Shown piece by piece: positions 46,344-54,643 of a stretch of DNA of 64,000 nt. The DNA is from a virus. A program made the position numbers and the translations under genes. The first letter of the stretch is position 1. Each line of letters begins with the position of its first letter. Location: IMG/VR virus record IMGVR_UViG_3300037071_003688, one strand, 5' to 3'. Under the pieces are notes generated by a model. That model saw only the letters and a list, made by a program, of their open reading frames with translations, made no database searches and was not told where the DNA came from.

Positions 46344-46415
46344 CGGGGAGCAGCGTAGTGGTCTCGCACCTGGCCTGGGACCAGGATGGCGTCAGTTCGA
46401 TTCTGACCTCCCCGA
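46344..46415 (+). tRNA. tRNA-Pro(TGG), non-canonical
   Basis: CCTGG-CCTGGGA-CCAGG (C33). Confidence 0.7.
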
Positions 46416-46416
46416 C

Positions 46417-46487
46417 TGACCGCTCGTTCAACGGTAGGACCCTGGTCTTTGGTGCCGGGTATCGAGGTTCGATTCCTCGGCGGTCTA
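46417..46487 (+). tRNA. tRNA-Gln(TTG)
   Basis: loop CTTTGGT. Confidence 0.8.
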
Positions 46488-46488
46488 C

Positions 46489-47091
46489 CTACTGCCACTC
46501 ATCCCAGCGGCGACGCTCGGTGTACGGAACGAGGCCGATCGGATCCCAGTTCTTGTCGCCGAGGTCCTCGTCCAGACCTTCCATGAACTTGTCGACCAAC
46601 TCGTGAAGCTTGCGCTTCACCCGGTCCCTGAGCGGCGGCTTGATGTCATGGACGCCGTCCAGTGATTCCTTCAACACCCGGTTCACCTCGCCGTAGAAGT
46701 CATCGACCTGGCTGCTCTTGACCAACGGCCGCGAGGCCGCCCCGCCCTTCGGCAACGGGTTCAGCCACGGCAGAGGACTCGGACCGCCACCATCGGGGGC
46801 GACGCTCGTGTTCTTCGCCACGATGTCGCCGCCCTCGCGGCGGCGGACGTCGGACCAGGGTGGATCGTCTTCGCCTGGCGGCATGAGGGCGCCGATCGAG
46901 TCCTTGAGTAGCTCGATGTCCGAGTCGCGCAGCCGTGGGCGTCCGCGCAGGAAGATGTCGATCTCGTCCTCGATCTTGCGGCGCAACGACCCGGGCTGCG
47001 ATTCGCTCTTGGCCACGATGTCGCCGCCCGACTTCGTGCCGGTCCCCTTCGGCGCGAAACGCCCGATCTCGTCGTGCCACGGGTTCGGCAT
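46489..47091 (-). CDS. stand-alone protein beginning with the NPWHDEIGRFAPKGTG tag
   Basis: starts MPNPWHDEIGRFAPKGTGTK; internal GGDIVAK repeat; CATACT -10 box just upstream of the ATG. Confidence 0.85.
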   Translation of the reverse strand: MPNPWHDEIGRFAPKGTGTKSGGDIVAKSESQPGSLRRKIEDEIDIFLRGRPRLRDSDIELLKDSIGALMPPGEDDPPWSDVRRREGGDIVAKNTSVAPDGGGPSPLPWLNPLPKGGAASRPLVKSSQVDDFYGEVNRVLKESLDGVHDIKPPLRDRVKRKLHELVDKFMEGLDEDLGDKNWDPIGLVPYTERRRWDEWQ

Positions 47092-47147
47092 GGCCACCAG
47101 TATGACCACCATCGAGGATGTCGTCGCGGATGACTATGGTGCGCGCC

Positions 47148-47417
47148 ATGACGACATGGTTGACCCACGTGACCGCAGTGACCGAGGAGTACGAACTCGG
47201 ACCGATGTTGAAGTTGGCGCCGCTCGCCTGGGACAAGAGCGAGCAACACATGTTGCAGTCGACCTCGCACAAAGAGGGCGGTGGGTTCCTGTGGATCCCG
47301 CGCTGGGACCATCGCGAGCACGGCGAGTTCCGCCTGGGAAGCCAGATCCGGATCACGCTCGAACACGCCGAGCACGAGGAGATCCCGAAATACTGGGACC
47401 TGCTCCGGAATCACTGA
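47148..47417 (+). CDS. small hypothetical protein
   Basis: ATG 7 nt after TGTCGT-N10-TATGGT. Confidence 0.6.
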   Translation: MTTWLTHVTAVTEEYELGPMLKLAPLAWDKSEQHMLQSTSHKEGGGFLWIPRWDHREHGEFRLGSQIRITLEHAEHEEIPKYWDLLRNH

Positions 47418-47425
47418 AACCCACC

Positions 47426-47454
47426 TTGTCAACTGAGTTGACGTGTGGTACGAT
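47426..47454 (+). promoter_or_regulatory. promoter for tRNA sub-cluster
   Basis: TTGTCA-N17-TACGAT containing GTCAA-N5-TTGAC. Confidence 0.7.
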
Positions 47455-47460
47455 CATGTC

Positions 47461-47535
47461 AGCGCGGTAGAGCAGTCCGGTAGCTCATCAGCCTCATAAG
47501 CTGAAAGTCGGTGGGTTCAAATCCCCCTCGCGCCA
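47461..47535 (+). tRNA. tRNA-Met(CAT), initiator-like
   Basis: TCAGC-CTCATAA-GCTGA, 1:72 mismatch, A11:U24. Confidence 0.85.
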
Positions 47536-47588
47536 CGATGAACACGCAGACCATCGCCCGATGTCGAGGTTGTCGAATCGCCTAGCGC

Positions 47589-47664
47589 GATCCGGTAGCC
47601 AACGTGGTGAAGGCGCCCGCCTGCAAAGCGGGACATGCGAGTTCGATTCCCGCCCGGATCTCCA
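47589..47664 (+). tRNA. tRNA-Cys(GCA)
   Basis: CCCGC-CTGCAAA-GCGGG, U73, encoded CCA. Confidence 0.9.
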
Positions 47665-47665
47665 T

Positions 47666-47740
47666 TGGGGTGTAGCTCAGTCCGGTTAGAGCAGTTGTCT
47701 GATACGCAACGTGTCCCAGGTTCAAGTCCTGGCTCCCCAA
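47666..47740 (+). tRNA. tRNA-Ile(GAT)
   Basis: GTTGT-CTGATAC-GCAAC. Confidence 0.9.
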
Positions 47741-47785
47741 CGAGGCGGTCGATGATGGTTTGATCACCACCATCGGCCGCAGCCC

Positions 47786-47856
47786 GCGTCGATCGTTCAA
47801 CGGCAGGACCGTTGACTGCCAGTCAACCGATCGGGGTTCGAGTCCCCGTCGACGCT
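47786..47856 (+). tRNA. tRNA-Gly(GCC)
   Basis: GTTGA-CTGCCAG-TCAAC. Confidence 0.9.
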
Positions 47857-47880
47857 CTCACCGCCCAGTACCGTTCGCCC

Positions 47881-48414
47881 ATGCTCCTGGTGATCGTCGG
47901 CATCGCGTTGATCGCAGTCGGCGTCGCGCTCGGGATCTACCACCGCGGCGACGAGGCAGCAGGCGTCCAGTTCTTCAAGATCAACATCTCGGGCGCCTCG
48001 TGGTTGATCATCGTGGCGATGGGCCTCGCCGCGATCTTCGGGCACTGGTGGTTCGACACCGAGCACGTCAACCAGAAGGACCCACCATCGGAAGTGCCGC
48101 TCTCGGTTGTCGAGGAGGCCGTGTTCGATGAGTCCGCGCCGGATGAGCCGTACACGTTCGGCGACGACGGCGACCTCGATCAACTGTGGCTCGGCTGCGA
48201 GGCCGGGCAGATGCAAGCTTGCGACGATCTGTACCAGCAGTCGCCGGTCGATTCCGAGTACGAGTTCTTTGGCGGCACGTGCGGTCTGATCTTCGAGGCC
48301 GACACCGCCCCCGAGTTCTGTGTCGAGGCGCCGATCGAGGACACGTCGACCGATCTCACCTCGGGCGACTTCGAGGTCGAATCCTCGTCGGCCGACTTCC
48401 TGTCGAGCGGCTAG
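47881..48414 (+). CDS. membrane protein with an acidic Cys-containing C-terminal domain
   Basis: two TM helices; GDD..LD.LW..C.AG...ACD.LY..SP..SEYE.FG.TCG. Confidence 0.75.
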   Translation: MLLVIVGIALIAVGVALGIYHRGDEAAGVQFFKINISGASWLIIVAMGLAAIFGHWWFDTEHVNQKDPPSEVPLSVVEEAVFDESAPDEPYTFGDDGDLDQLWLGCEAGQMQACDDLYQQSPVDSEYEFFGGTCGLIFEADTAPEFCVEAPIEDTSTDLTSGDFEVESSSADFLSSG

Positions 48415-48423
48415 ATTGGCCGT

Positions 48424-48501
48424 GTCGGCATAGCTCAGTCAGGTTAGAGCGCCGCCCTGTCACGGCGGAGGTCGAGGGTTCAAGTCCCTTTGTCGGCGCC
48501 A
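48424..48501 (+). tRNA. tRNA-Asp(GTC)
   Basis: CCGCC-CTGTCAC-GGCGG, encoded CCA. Confidence 0.92.
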
Positions 48502-48945
48502 ATGAACACCAAGACCACCGGGAACCTGAGCGAGGCGAAGGTGCTCGCCGCCCTGCTCGGGGCCGGATACGCCGTGCTGTTGCCGTGGGGCGACAACGAA
48601 CGCTACGACATGGTCATCGAGCGCGCCGGTTCGTTCGAGCGCGTGCAGGTCAAGACCGGCCGGATCGTTCGAGGTGCCGTCCGCTTCAAGATGTACTCCG
48701 TGAAGCCCGCCACACGGGCTGCGCCGCAGGCGACGCGCTACTACACCGAGGCCGAGGTCGACCTGTTCGGTGTCTACTGTCCGGCGTTGGAAGCGGTGTA
48801 CTTGGTGCCGCGCTCAGATCTCGCGGCGAGCGATGGCGTGCTCCGCCTGGACCCGGCGAGGAACGGTCAGGTGACGGGCGTCAGATACGCCGCTCAATAC
48901 CTTGTTGCGCCGACGCCACCTGGGCCGGTACTGTCACTGGCATGA
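48502..48945 (+). CDS. PD-(D/E)XK homing-type endonuclease
   Basis: G..SE..V...L...GY.V..P.GDN.RYD.V.E.....RVQVKT...D.F.VYCP. Confidence 0.88.
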   Translation: MNTKTTGNLSEAKVLAALLGAGYAVLLPWGDNERYDMVIERAGSFERVQVKTGRIVRGAVRFKMYSVKPATRAAPQATRYYTEAEVDLFGVYCPALEAVYLVPRSDLAASDGVLRLDPARNGQVTGVRYAAQYLVAPTPPGPVLSLA

Positions 48946-49029
48946 CGAGGCGATTCACGACCCAGCGAACCAAGCGCACCGGCGCTGTGGTGACGCGATT
49001 CGTGAGCACACGAGTCAATCCCCAGCCCT

Positions 49030-49069
49030 GACAACTGTCTTGACAGACCCGGGACAGACCGGGTAGAGT
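49030..49069 (+). promoter_or_regulatory. repeated sigma-70-like promoter for tRNA sub-cluster
   Basis: GACAA-N5-TTGACA-N18-TAGAGT. Confidence 0.8.
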
Positions 49070-49084
49070 TGAGATGCAAGCCTT

Positions 49085-49158
49085 TCCGAGGTAGCTCAGT
49101 TGGCAGAGCGCCCGCCTGTTAAGCGGGTTCCGCGCAGGTTCGATCCCTGCCCTCGGAG
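49085..49158 (+). tRNA. tRNA-Asn(GTT)
   Basis: CCCGC-CTGTTAA-GCGGG. Confidence 0.9.
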
Positions 49159-49172
49159 CGCAATACAACAAC

Positions 49173-49244
49173 GCCGACGTGGTGTCAGTGGTAACACTCG
49201 CCTTTCGTAAGGACGCATCCCGGGTTCGACTCCTGGCGTCGGCT
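49173..49244 (+). tRNA. tRNA-Thr(CGT)
   Basis: loop TTCGTAA, imperfect anticodon stem. Confidence 0.75.
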
Positions 49245-49257
49245 CTCATCACAACGA

Positions 49258-49328
49258 TGGCGTGTAGCTCAACGGGAGAGCACTGGTCTCTGGAACCGGG
49301 GGCGCAGGTTCGACACCTGCCACGCCTA
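49258..49328 (+). tRNA. tRNA-Gln(CTG)
   Basis: CTGGT-CTCTGGA-ACCGG. Confidence 0.85.
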
Positions 49329-49337
49329 CAACACCCT

Positions 49338-49413
49338 GCGGGTGTAACTCAGACGGCAGAGTAGTCGCCTCTTAAGCGAACAGTCGGGGGTTCGATGCCC
49401 TCCACCCGCACCA
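49338..49413 (+). tRNA. tRNA-Lys(CTT)
   Basis: loop CTCTTAA, encoded CCA. Confidence 0.9.
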
Positions 49414-49414
49414 A

Positions 49415-49488
49415 GGTTCTGTAGCTCAGACGGCGAGAGCGTCGGCTTGAAACACCGAAGGCCGCAGGTTCAACTCCTGCCGGGACCA
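49415..49488 (+). tRNA. tRNA-Phe(GAA)
   Basis: loop TTGAAAC. Confidence 0.88.
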
Positions 49489-49493
49489 CACAA

Positions 49494-49570
49494 GGGGGCG
49501 TATGTCTCAGCGGCAGAGCTTCTGGTTTACACCCAGCCGGTCGGGGGTTCGAGTCCCTCCGCCCCCACCA
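49494..49570 (+). tRNA. tRNA-Val(TAC)
   Basis: loop TTTACAC, encoded CCA. Confidence 0.85.
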
Positions 49571-49571
49571 T

Positions 49572-49647
49572 GCGGTCGTAGCTCAATGGATAGAGCAGGA
49601 GCGTTCTAATCTTCGTGCTGGGGGTTCGAGTCCCTCCGACCGCACCA
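49572..49647 (+). tRNA. tRNA-Arg(TCT)
   Basis: loop GTTCTAA, encoded CCA. Confidence 0.82.
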
Positions 49648-49849
49648 TGAACGAACCACGACGCTGCGCCAACGGCAAGTGTGGGAATCACCCACCGAGG
49701 ATGTTCCCCGCGCCTTCGCCCCGGAACATCGAGTTCGTCGTCCTGTTCAAGGACGGCACGTTCTCCGACCCGGCGTCACTGCCCGAGATACAGGCGCTCG
49801 CCAAGTCGAGCGGCGGTCAGGCCCGCGCTCGCGCTCGCCAACCAGACAC

Positions 49850-49922
49850 GGGGGTATAGCTCAACGGTTAGAGCGTGGCACTCATAATGCCCGGGTCCGA
49901 GGTTCAACTCCTCGTGCCCCCA
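49850..49922 (+). tRNA. tRNA with CAT anticodon (Ile2 or elongator Met)
   Basis: loop CTCATAA, cloverleaf. Confidence 0.85.
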
Positions 49923-49984
49923 CCGCGTCAAGACTCATCCACCATCCGCGCCTCGCCGCCGACGCGCCGATCAGAGTTGATCGA

Positions 49985-50212
49985 ATGCAGACGTACGAGA
50001 TCTACGTCGCTCGCTGCCACACCGAAGATCTCACCCCGTTCTCGATCGAAGCGTGGGAACTCATCCGACACCCGATGACCATCCAGTCGATGAACCGGGC
50101 ATGGAACTCCACGCTCCGGATGCGTGGCGGCTGGGGCACCCGCCACGGCAACTGGGTCCACCACGAACAGATCTTCCGAGAGACCGTCGACTCGTTCAAG
50201 CGCGTCGGCTGA
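49985..50212 (+). CDS. small hypothetical protein
   Basis: plausible ORF. Confidence 0.5.
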   Translation: MQTYEIYVARCHTEDLTPFSIEAWELIRHPMTIQSMNRAWNSTLRMRGGWGTRHGNWVHHEQIFRETVDSFKRVG

Positions 50213-50243
50213 AACTGTCGCCGCGCTCGCGTACCATCGAACG

Positions 50244-50591
50244 ATGCCACGAGAACAGTTCAGCGTCGCCCTCTCAGCGCCGAGCGCGCCCGGCCTCTCA
50301 GTCGCCGCTTCGTTCGACGTCTGCCCCGAATGTTGGGTGCTCGTGCCGACCACGATGTTCTCGCTCCACGAGGTGACCCACAACACACCGCCGACCCGGC
50401 CGGGCAGCGACGCCGACCTACTGCAACTCGCGCTCGGGTTGCTCGCCGACATGGTCGACCCCGACGACTGCAACTACGACCATCACGGCGGGTGCCAAGC
50501 CCACGGCTTCCTCTCGCTCGAACCACCCGAGAAATGCCCACACCAGATCGCCAAAGATCTGCTCGACCAGGAAGGGATCGACTGGCGATGA
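50244..50591 (+). CDS. hypothetical protein
   Basis: ATG 6 nt after TGTCGC-N10-TACCAT; C..DHHG.CQAH motif. Confidence 0.65.
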   Translation: MPREQFSVALSAPSAPGLSVAASFDVCPECWVLVPTTMFSLHEVTHNTPPTRPGSDADLLQLALGLLADMVDPDDCNYDHHGGCQAHGFLSLEPPEKCPHQIAKDLLDQEGIDWR

Positions 50592-50797
50592 GCCTCCACT
50601 ACGTTCTTGTCGAGATCGGCGGTCCCCCCGAGGCAGCCATGACTCTGATCCGATCGCTACCCGGCGGCGAACACGACCCGCAGGACGAAGGCAACGGCCG
50701 CTACCTCGTGGCGACGACGAACGCCGGGTTCCTGCGTTTCGCGATCGAGCAGCAGGGCTACGGGAAGATCGTGAACGTCGAGAGGATCGTGCCATGA
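50588..50797 (+). CDS. small hypothetical protein
   Basis: coupled ORF. Confidence 0.6.
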   Translation: MSLHYVLVEIGGPPEAAMTLIRSLPGGEHDPQDEGNGRYLVATTNAGFLRFAIEQQGYGKIVNVERIVP

Positions 50798-50988
50798 GCG
50801 ACTGGGTGGCGTTCAACTCTGACGGGTTCCCGTACTCGTTCGGCGGCTGCCAGTTCTACCCGACGCTCGCCAAGTTCGCCAAGGAATGCCCCGACGCCGT
50901 GCGGATCGAACGGGTCGAGGGCGAGGAACGCACCCGCCTGTTGAAGATCCACGCCGGATACGACCCCGACCAGCCGTGGCCCTCCTGA
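50794..50988 (+). CDS. small hypothetical protein
   Basis: coupled ORF. Confidence 0.6.
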   Translation: MSDWVAFNSDGFPYSFGGCQFYPTLAKFAKECPDAVRIERVEGEERTRLLKIHAGYDPDQPWPS

Positions 50989-51020
50989 GAATGTCGCACC
51001 CCTCGCGTAAGATACGAGCG

Positions 51021-51156
51021 GATGGACCCGCCGGGCGACGGCCCGGGTCACGGGAGGACGTACGGCCTCTGAGGTTCCCACCGTCCCGGCTGCCGTGAGG
51101 CCGGGACGCTACACTCTGCCACGGTCGGCCGCTCCCGTGGAGGGTCGCAGCCATTC
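51021..51156 (+). ncRNA. candidate structured RNA or leader
   Basis: nested stems GACCC/GGGTC, CACGGGAG/CTCCCGTG, CGGCC/GGCCG and CGTCCCGGC/GCCGGGACG right after a promoter motif. Confidence 0.45.
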
Positions 51157-51185
51157 GTGAAGCCAATCAACCGAATGGAGCGATC

Positions 51186-51440
51186 ATGGGAGTGAAGTGC
51201 GTGTTCTACGTCGCCGAGGTGACCAAGGTCCCCCTGTCCGAGGGCCGCAAGGGCGGCAAGATCAAGCTGACCGCGACAGCGAAGGGACCGTACAAGAAAT
51301 GGTCGGAGTGGACGCCGACCGGCGAGTTCACGATGTCGACCACGAACCCGGCAGCCACGGCCTGGTTCGAGGAGAACCTCGGCGCTGACGTTGCGATCAC
51401 GATCGAGCGGGCGACCGAGGCGGATCTCCTCGCCGAGTGA
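51186..51440 (+). CDS. small phage protein
   Basis: KW...TP.G...M...NP.A motif; GGAG RBS. Confidence 0.75.
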   Translation: MGVKCVFYVAEVTKVPLSEGRKGGKIKLTATAKGPYKKWSEWTPTGEFTMSTTNPAATAWFEENLGADVAITIERATEADLLAE

Positions 51441-51565
51441 AGCGGCACTACCGCGACGACGAGGAACCCGAGGACGACTGGATCGACTGGTCAACGTGGC
51501 ACTACCCCGGCTGCCGCTTCTGCGGCTGGGAGGACCATCGCGAACAGACGTGCCCGAACCGCCCG

Positions 51566-51790
51566 TCAGATGTTGTTGTTCCAACCCCGCTTGTAGAAGC
51601 AACCTGAGTGGATCGGCTGCACCTCGATCACATCCCAGCGCCGGTCCGGCTCGTCATCGCGCAACGTCACCTGGTCGCCGACCTTGAACTTCGGGCCGTC
51701 GAAGATCGCGCGGAGATGCGTCGTGCCGCTGACGAGATGAGCCGGTGTGAGCATGATCGAAACGCTACACTCACGGTCGTGGGTTGCCAT
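51566..51790 (-). CDS. small hypothetical protein
   Basis: plausible ORF ending RGWNNNI. Confidence 0.55.
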   Translation of the reverse strand: MATHDRECSVSIMLTPAHLVSGTTHLRAIFDGPKFKVGDQVTLRDDEPDRRWDVIEVQPIHSGCFYKRGWNNNI

Positions 51791-51834
51791 CGGTCATATC
51801 TGAGCAAACACTTCCGCGGTCATTCGTTCACCGC

Positions 51835-51908
51835 GGGGGTGTAGCTCAACTAGGCAGAGCCACCGGCCTTTACCCGGAGAGTTGCAGGTTCGATTCCTGT
51901 CACCCTCA
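51835..51908 (+). tRNA. tRNA-Lys(TTT), C33 variant
   Basis: CCGG-CCTTTAC-CCGG. Confidence 0.75.
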
Positions 51909-51913
51909 CCGCG

Positions 51914-52141
51914 TCACAACGGCCCGACCTTGTACCGGCGCCGCCGCCGCGTGTTGACCCGAGGCTTGTGCCCGATGTGATAGTGCCCGGCGCCGGATGG
52001 ATGGGCGCGCCAGTCGTCGCAGTGGTACCTCGTGATCCGCTCACCGAGCGTCCGCCCGCGAGCAGCCGAAGCTGCCCGGGTGGCATCGGCTTTGGAGTAG
52101 CAGATCTTCCCGGTCGTCGGGCACTTGACGTCAGGAGACAC
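51914..52141 (-). CDS. small basic zinc-binding protein
   Basis: C..TGK.CY....A...Y.C......HYHIG. Confidence 0.65.
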   Translation of the reverse strand: MSPDVKCPTTGKICYSKADATRAASAARGRTLGERITRYHCDDWRAHPSGAGHYHIGHKPRVNTRRRRRYKVGPL

Positions 52142-52505
52142 GCTCGATCGTGTCCCCGTTCGGGCCGAGCAGCCAGGCGTGGGAGGCGAGATACCACTCC
52201 TGCTTGCCGTCGAGCCGGATGACGTGAATCAGACGTCCGCCGTCCTCGTTCTCGACACGGCTCGTGACCTCACCACCGTGATCGTCAACCTTGGTCGTGG
52301 TCTCCACGCCGACGACGCTCAGGTAGTTGAAGTACCCGGCTTCGCCTTCGTCCCACGCCTTCATCTTCTGCTCGCGGGTTCCGGCGTCGATGTGGCCGTG
52401 GACTCGGACCTCGCTGGCCGGGATGAACAAGGTGGTCTCGTCGGCGACTCCGCCGATCCCATCGACCGTCTCGTAGCGCGTCCAATAGATCTTCAACGTG
52501 TACAT
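52131..52505 (-). CDS. hypothetical protein (paralogue A)
   Basis: MYTLKI...AWLLGPNGDTIER. Confidence 0.75.
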   Translation of the reverse strand: MYTLKIYWTRYETVDGIGGVADETTLFIPASEVRVHGHIDAGTREQKMKAWDEGEAGYFNYLSVVGVETTTKVDDHGGEVTSRVENEDGGRLIHVIRLDGKQEWYLASHAWLLGPNGDTIERVS

Positions 52506-52570
52506 GTCCTACCTACCTTCCGATGTCGTGGTCCCGCACCGCTGCGGGCGACATCACGAAGGTAGCAAAC

Positions 52571-53203
52571 TCAGGGGCAGATCTTCTGGATCGTGTCACC
52601 GTTCGAGCCGAGCAGCCACGCCTTCTCCACGAGCATCCAGCGGTACTCGCCGTTGTCGAGGTTGACACCGATCACCTTGCGGATCGTGTTCTTCCCGGCG
52701 CCCGTCCACGTGTGGATCTCCATGCCGCCACCGGGGCCGACCAGATGAGCGAACCGCGGGTCGGCGCCGCTGAGAACGTCACGGATGCCCTTGCCGGGCA
52801 TCACCTCGCCGAGCGCGGTGACCTGGCGCACGCCACCGATCCACGCCTCGATCGTGTCGGACGGCTCGCTCTGGAACGTGATCCGGTCGATCTGGAAGTC
52901 AGGGTGCAGCTTGCCGTCGATCTCGTTCAGCTTCCAGATCGCGTACTCGGTCGAGTCGCGGAACGGGAGCTTCATGTAGACGCTGGCGCCCGGCGTGCCA
53001 GCGTCCTCGAACAGCTTGTTGCCCTCGAAGATGAGACCGGTGCGCGTCTCGACGTCCTCTTGGGTCTCCAACATGAAGTAGGCGGGACCGCTGACACCGA
53101 CCGATTCGGCGCCGTGCGCTCGGACCGCCACGCCGTTCAACTCGTACGTCCACCGGTAGGGGGCGCCTCGCCAGTCGATGTGGGACAGCTTCAAGGTGAG
53201 CAT
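52571..53203 (-). CDS. hypothetical protein (paralogue B)
   Basis: MLTLKL...AWLLGSNGDTIQK; GGAG RBS. Confidence 0.75.
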   Translation of the reverse strand: MLTLKLSHIDWRGAPYRWTYELNGVAVRAHGAESVGVSGPAYFMLETQEDVETRTGLIFEGNKLFEDAGTPGASVYMKLPFRDSTEYAIWKLNEIDGKLHPDFQIDRITFQSEPSDTIEAWIGGVRQVTALGEVMPGKGIRDVLSGADPRFAHLVGPGGGMEIHTWTGAGKNTIRKVIGVNLDNGEYRWMLVEKAWLLGSNGDTIQKICP

Positions 53204-53304
53204 GATCGTTCTCCGTTCGTACGTGTGTCGTTGGTCCCGGACCGCTCCGGGCGACACACGAAACGTAGTCGACGCCGCGCTCACCATCGCGTACACTGGT
53301 CAAT

Positions 53305-53376
53305 GCGTCGGTGGTCCAACGGCTACGACCTCAGACTTCCAATCTGATGATGCGGGTTCGACTCCCGTCCGGTGCT
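53305..53376 (+). tRNA. tRNA-Gly(TCC)
   Basis: TCAGA-CTTCCAA-TCTGA. Confidence 0.9.
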
Positions 53377-53473
53377 CTCTTTGCGATAGAGCCGCCACCG
53401 CCCCGATCCTCGCCGGTCGGGGCGGTGCCGCGTCCCGGCCAGAATGTCGCAGCCCTCGCGTACTCTGGACACC

Positions 53474-53932
53474 ATGTCCAAACGAGCGACCCGATTCAAG
53501 GCCGAAGTTCTTGACAGCGACGACAATGTCGTGTGGGAAGTGCTCGTGCATGACTGGCCGTCACCGAAGCTGGCGGCTCTGTTCCGATTGCACGGCTTTA
53601 AGGCGCGGCAACCCGTCAAGCCGTCCACTGAGCCGAAGGACCCGTTCCCGGTGTTCTCGCCGCTCGATCCGGCGAACTCGATCCGGGCGTTCGAGGAGTT
53701 CGCTGCGCGTCGGGACACGAAGACTGTGCGGATGTTGGAGTACATGTTGAAGATCCCGGGCGTGTGGATCGAGCGTGAGGTCGTACGCCAGGTCGCTGGC
53801 GACTCGGGTGATCGCCGCTACCGCGAGTTGCGCCAGAACGGCTGGCCGGTCGAGATCCAACAGCAGCGCGGCGGCTTGCCGTGGGCGGTTCGGCTCAACG
53901 TCCCGACCGAAACCGGCGAAACACTGTTCTGA
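53474..53932 (+). CDS. hypothetical protein with a C-terminal winged HTH
   Basis: G...G.RR.RELR..GW.VE. Confidence 0.7.
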   Translation: MSKRATRFKAEVLDSDDNVVWEVLVHDWPSPKLAALFRLHGFKARQPVKPSTEPKDPFPVFSPLDPANSIRAFEEFAARRDTKTVRMLEYMLKIPGVWIEREVVRQVAGDSGDRRYRELRQNGWPVEIQQQRGGLPWAVRLNVPTETGETLF

Positions 53933-53940
53933 GAACGCCC

Positions 53941-53979
53941 GGCAAGACAGTTGACAAACCGCAGTCCGAGTGAGAGACT
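53941..53979 (+). promoter_or_regulatory. repeated promoter
   Basis: GGCAA-N5-TTGACA-N17-GAGACT, ATG at 53987. Confidence 0.65.
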
Positions 53980-53986
53980 CTACGAT

Positions 53987-54328
53987 ATGGGAACCACCAC
54001 GTCCACCGACCTCACCGCCGCCGACCGGGCGATGCCCGGCGAGGATGCCCCACCCCGCTCCCCCTCGATGCGCCGGATCTTCGATGCCGACTGGTTCTCT
54101 GGCCGTCTCGGATTCGAGGAGTTCCACGGCGAACTCACCGACCGCCTCTGCCCGGCGTGCGCGACGTTCGACGGCCGTCTGCGTGGCCGCTCATCGTGGG
54201 CGAACATGCGCAGACACGAAGCTGTCCGCGTCGACGCCCTGCCGAAGTGCGACTTGTGCATCGTTCACTTCGCTGAGCGCGGTGTCGGTCTCGGACTCGG
54301 CGTCGGCCAAGAACTGATCGTCGGCTGA
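53987..54328 (+). CDS. hypothetical protein
   Basis: leaderless MGTTT start. Confidence 0.6.
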   Translation: MGTTTSTDLTAADRAMPGEDAPPRSPSMRRIFDADWFSGRLGFEEFHGELTDRLCPACATFDGRLRGRSSWANMRRHEAVRVDALPKCDLCIVHFAERGVGLGLGVGQELIVG

Positions 54329-54627
54329 TGGACAACCTCGACGCTGTCCCCGGGACACCGGCCGAGTTCGTGCCGCTGCTCGAAGCCGCCGAAGCCGCCG
54401 ACCTGTGCGTGACCCCGTTCCCGCCCAAGTCGTTCCTGTGGACGATGCCGCCGGACGGCTGGTCGTGGGGCACCGACAGTTGGCACATGACGCTGCGCCC
54501 GGTGCTGATCGAGAACGACGGGGTGGCCTGGTGGATCGAGTACAGCGACGACGACGGTCGGCACGCCATCCTCGGGACCAACCGTGCCCTCTCCGTCATC
54601 GCTGGCAACAGTGTTGACAAACCATAG
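54328..54627 (+). CDS. hypothetical protein
   Basis: coupled ORF. Confidence 0.6.
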   Translation: MDNLDAVPGTPAEFVPLLEAAEAADLCVTPFPPKSFLWTMPPDGWSWGTDSWHMTLRPVLIENDGVAWWIEYSDDDGRHAILGTNRALSVIAGNSVDKP

Positions 54628-54643
54628 TCGGTCTGCGCATAAT
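54604..54643 (+). promoter_or_regulatory. repeated sigma-70-like promoter
   Basis: GGCAA-N5-TTGACA-N18-CATAAT, then GTAGTTGGACATGGAAACCACC as at 3939. Confidence 0.85.

Noticed and set aside
51835-51908. Ochre suppressor tRNA (TTA) and stop-codon recoding
   Set aside because: Stem pairing centres the loop on TTT; genes read intact in the standard code and TAA/TAG/TGA all act as stops.
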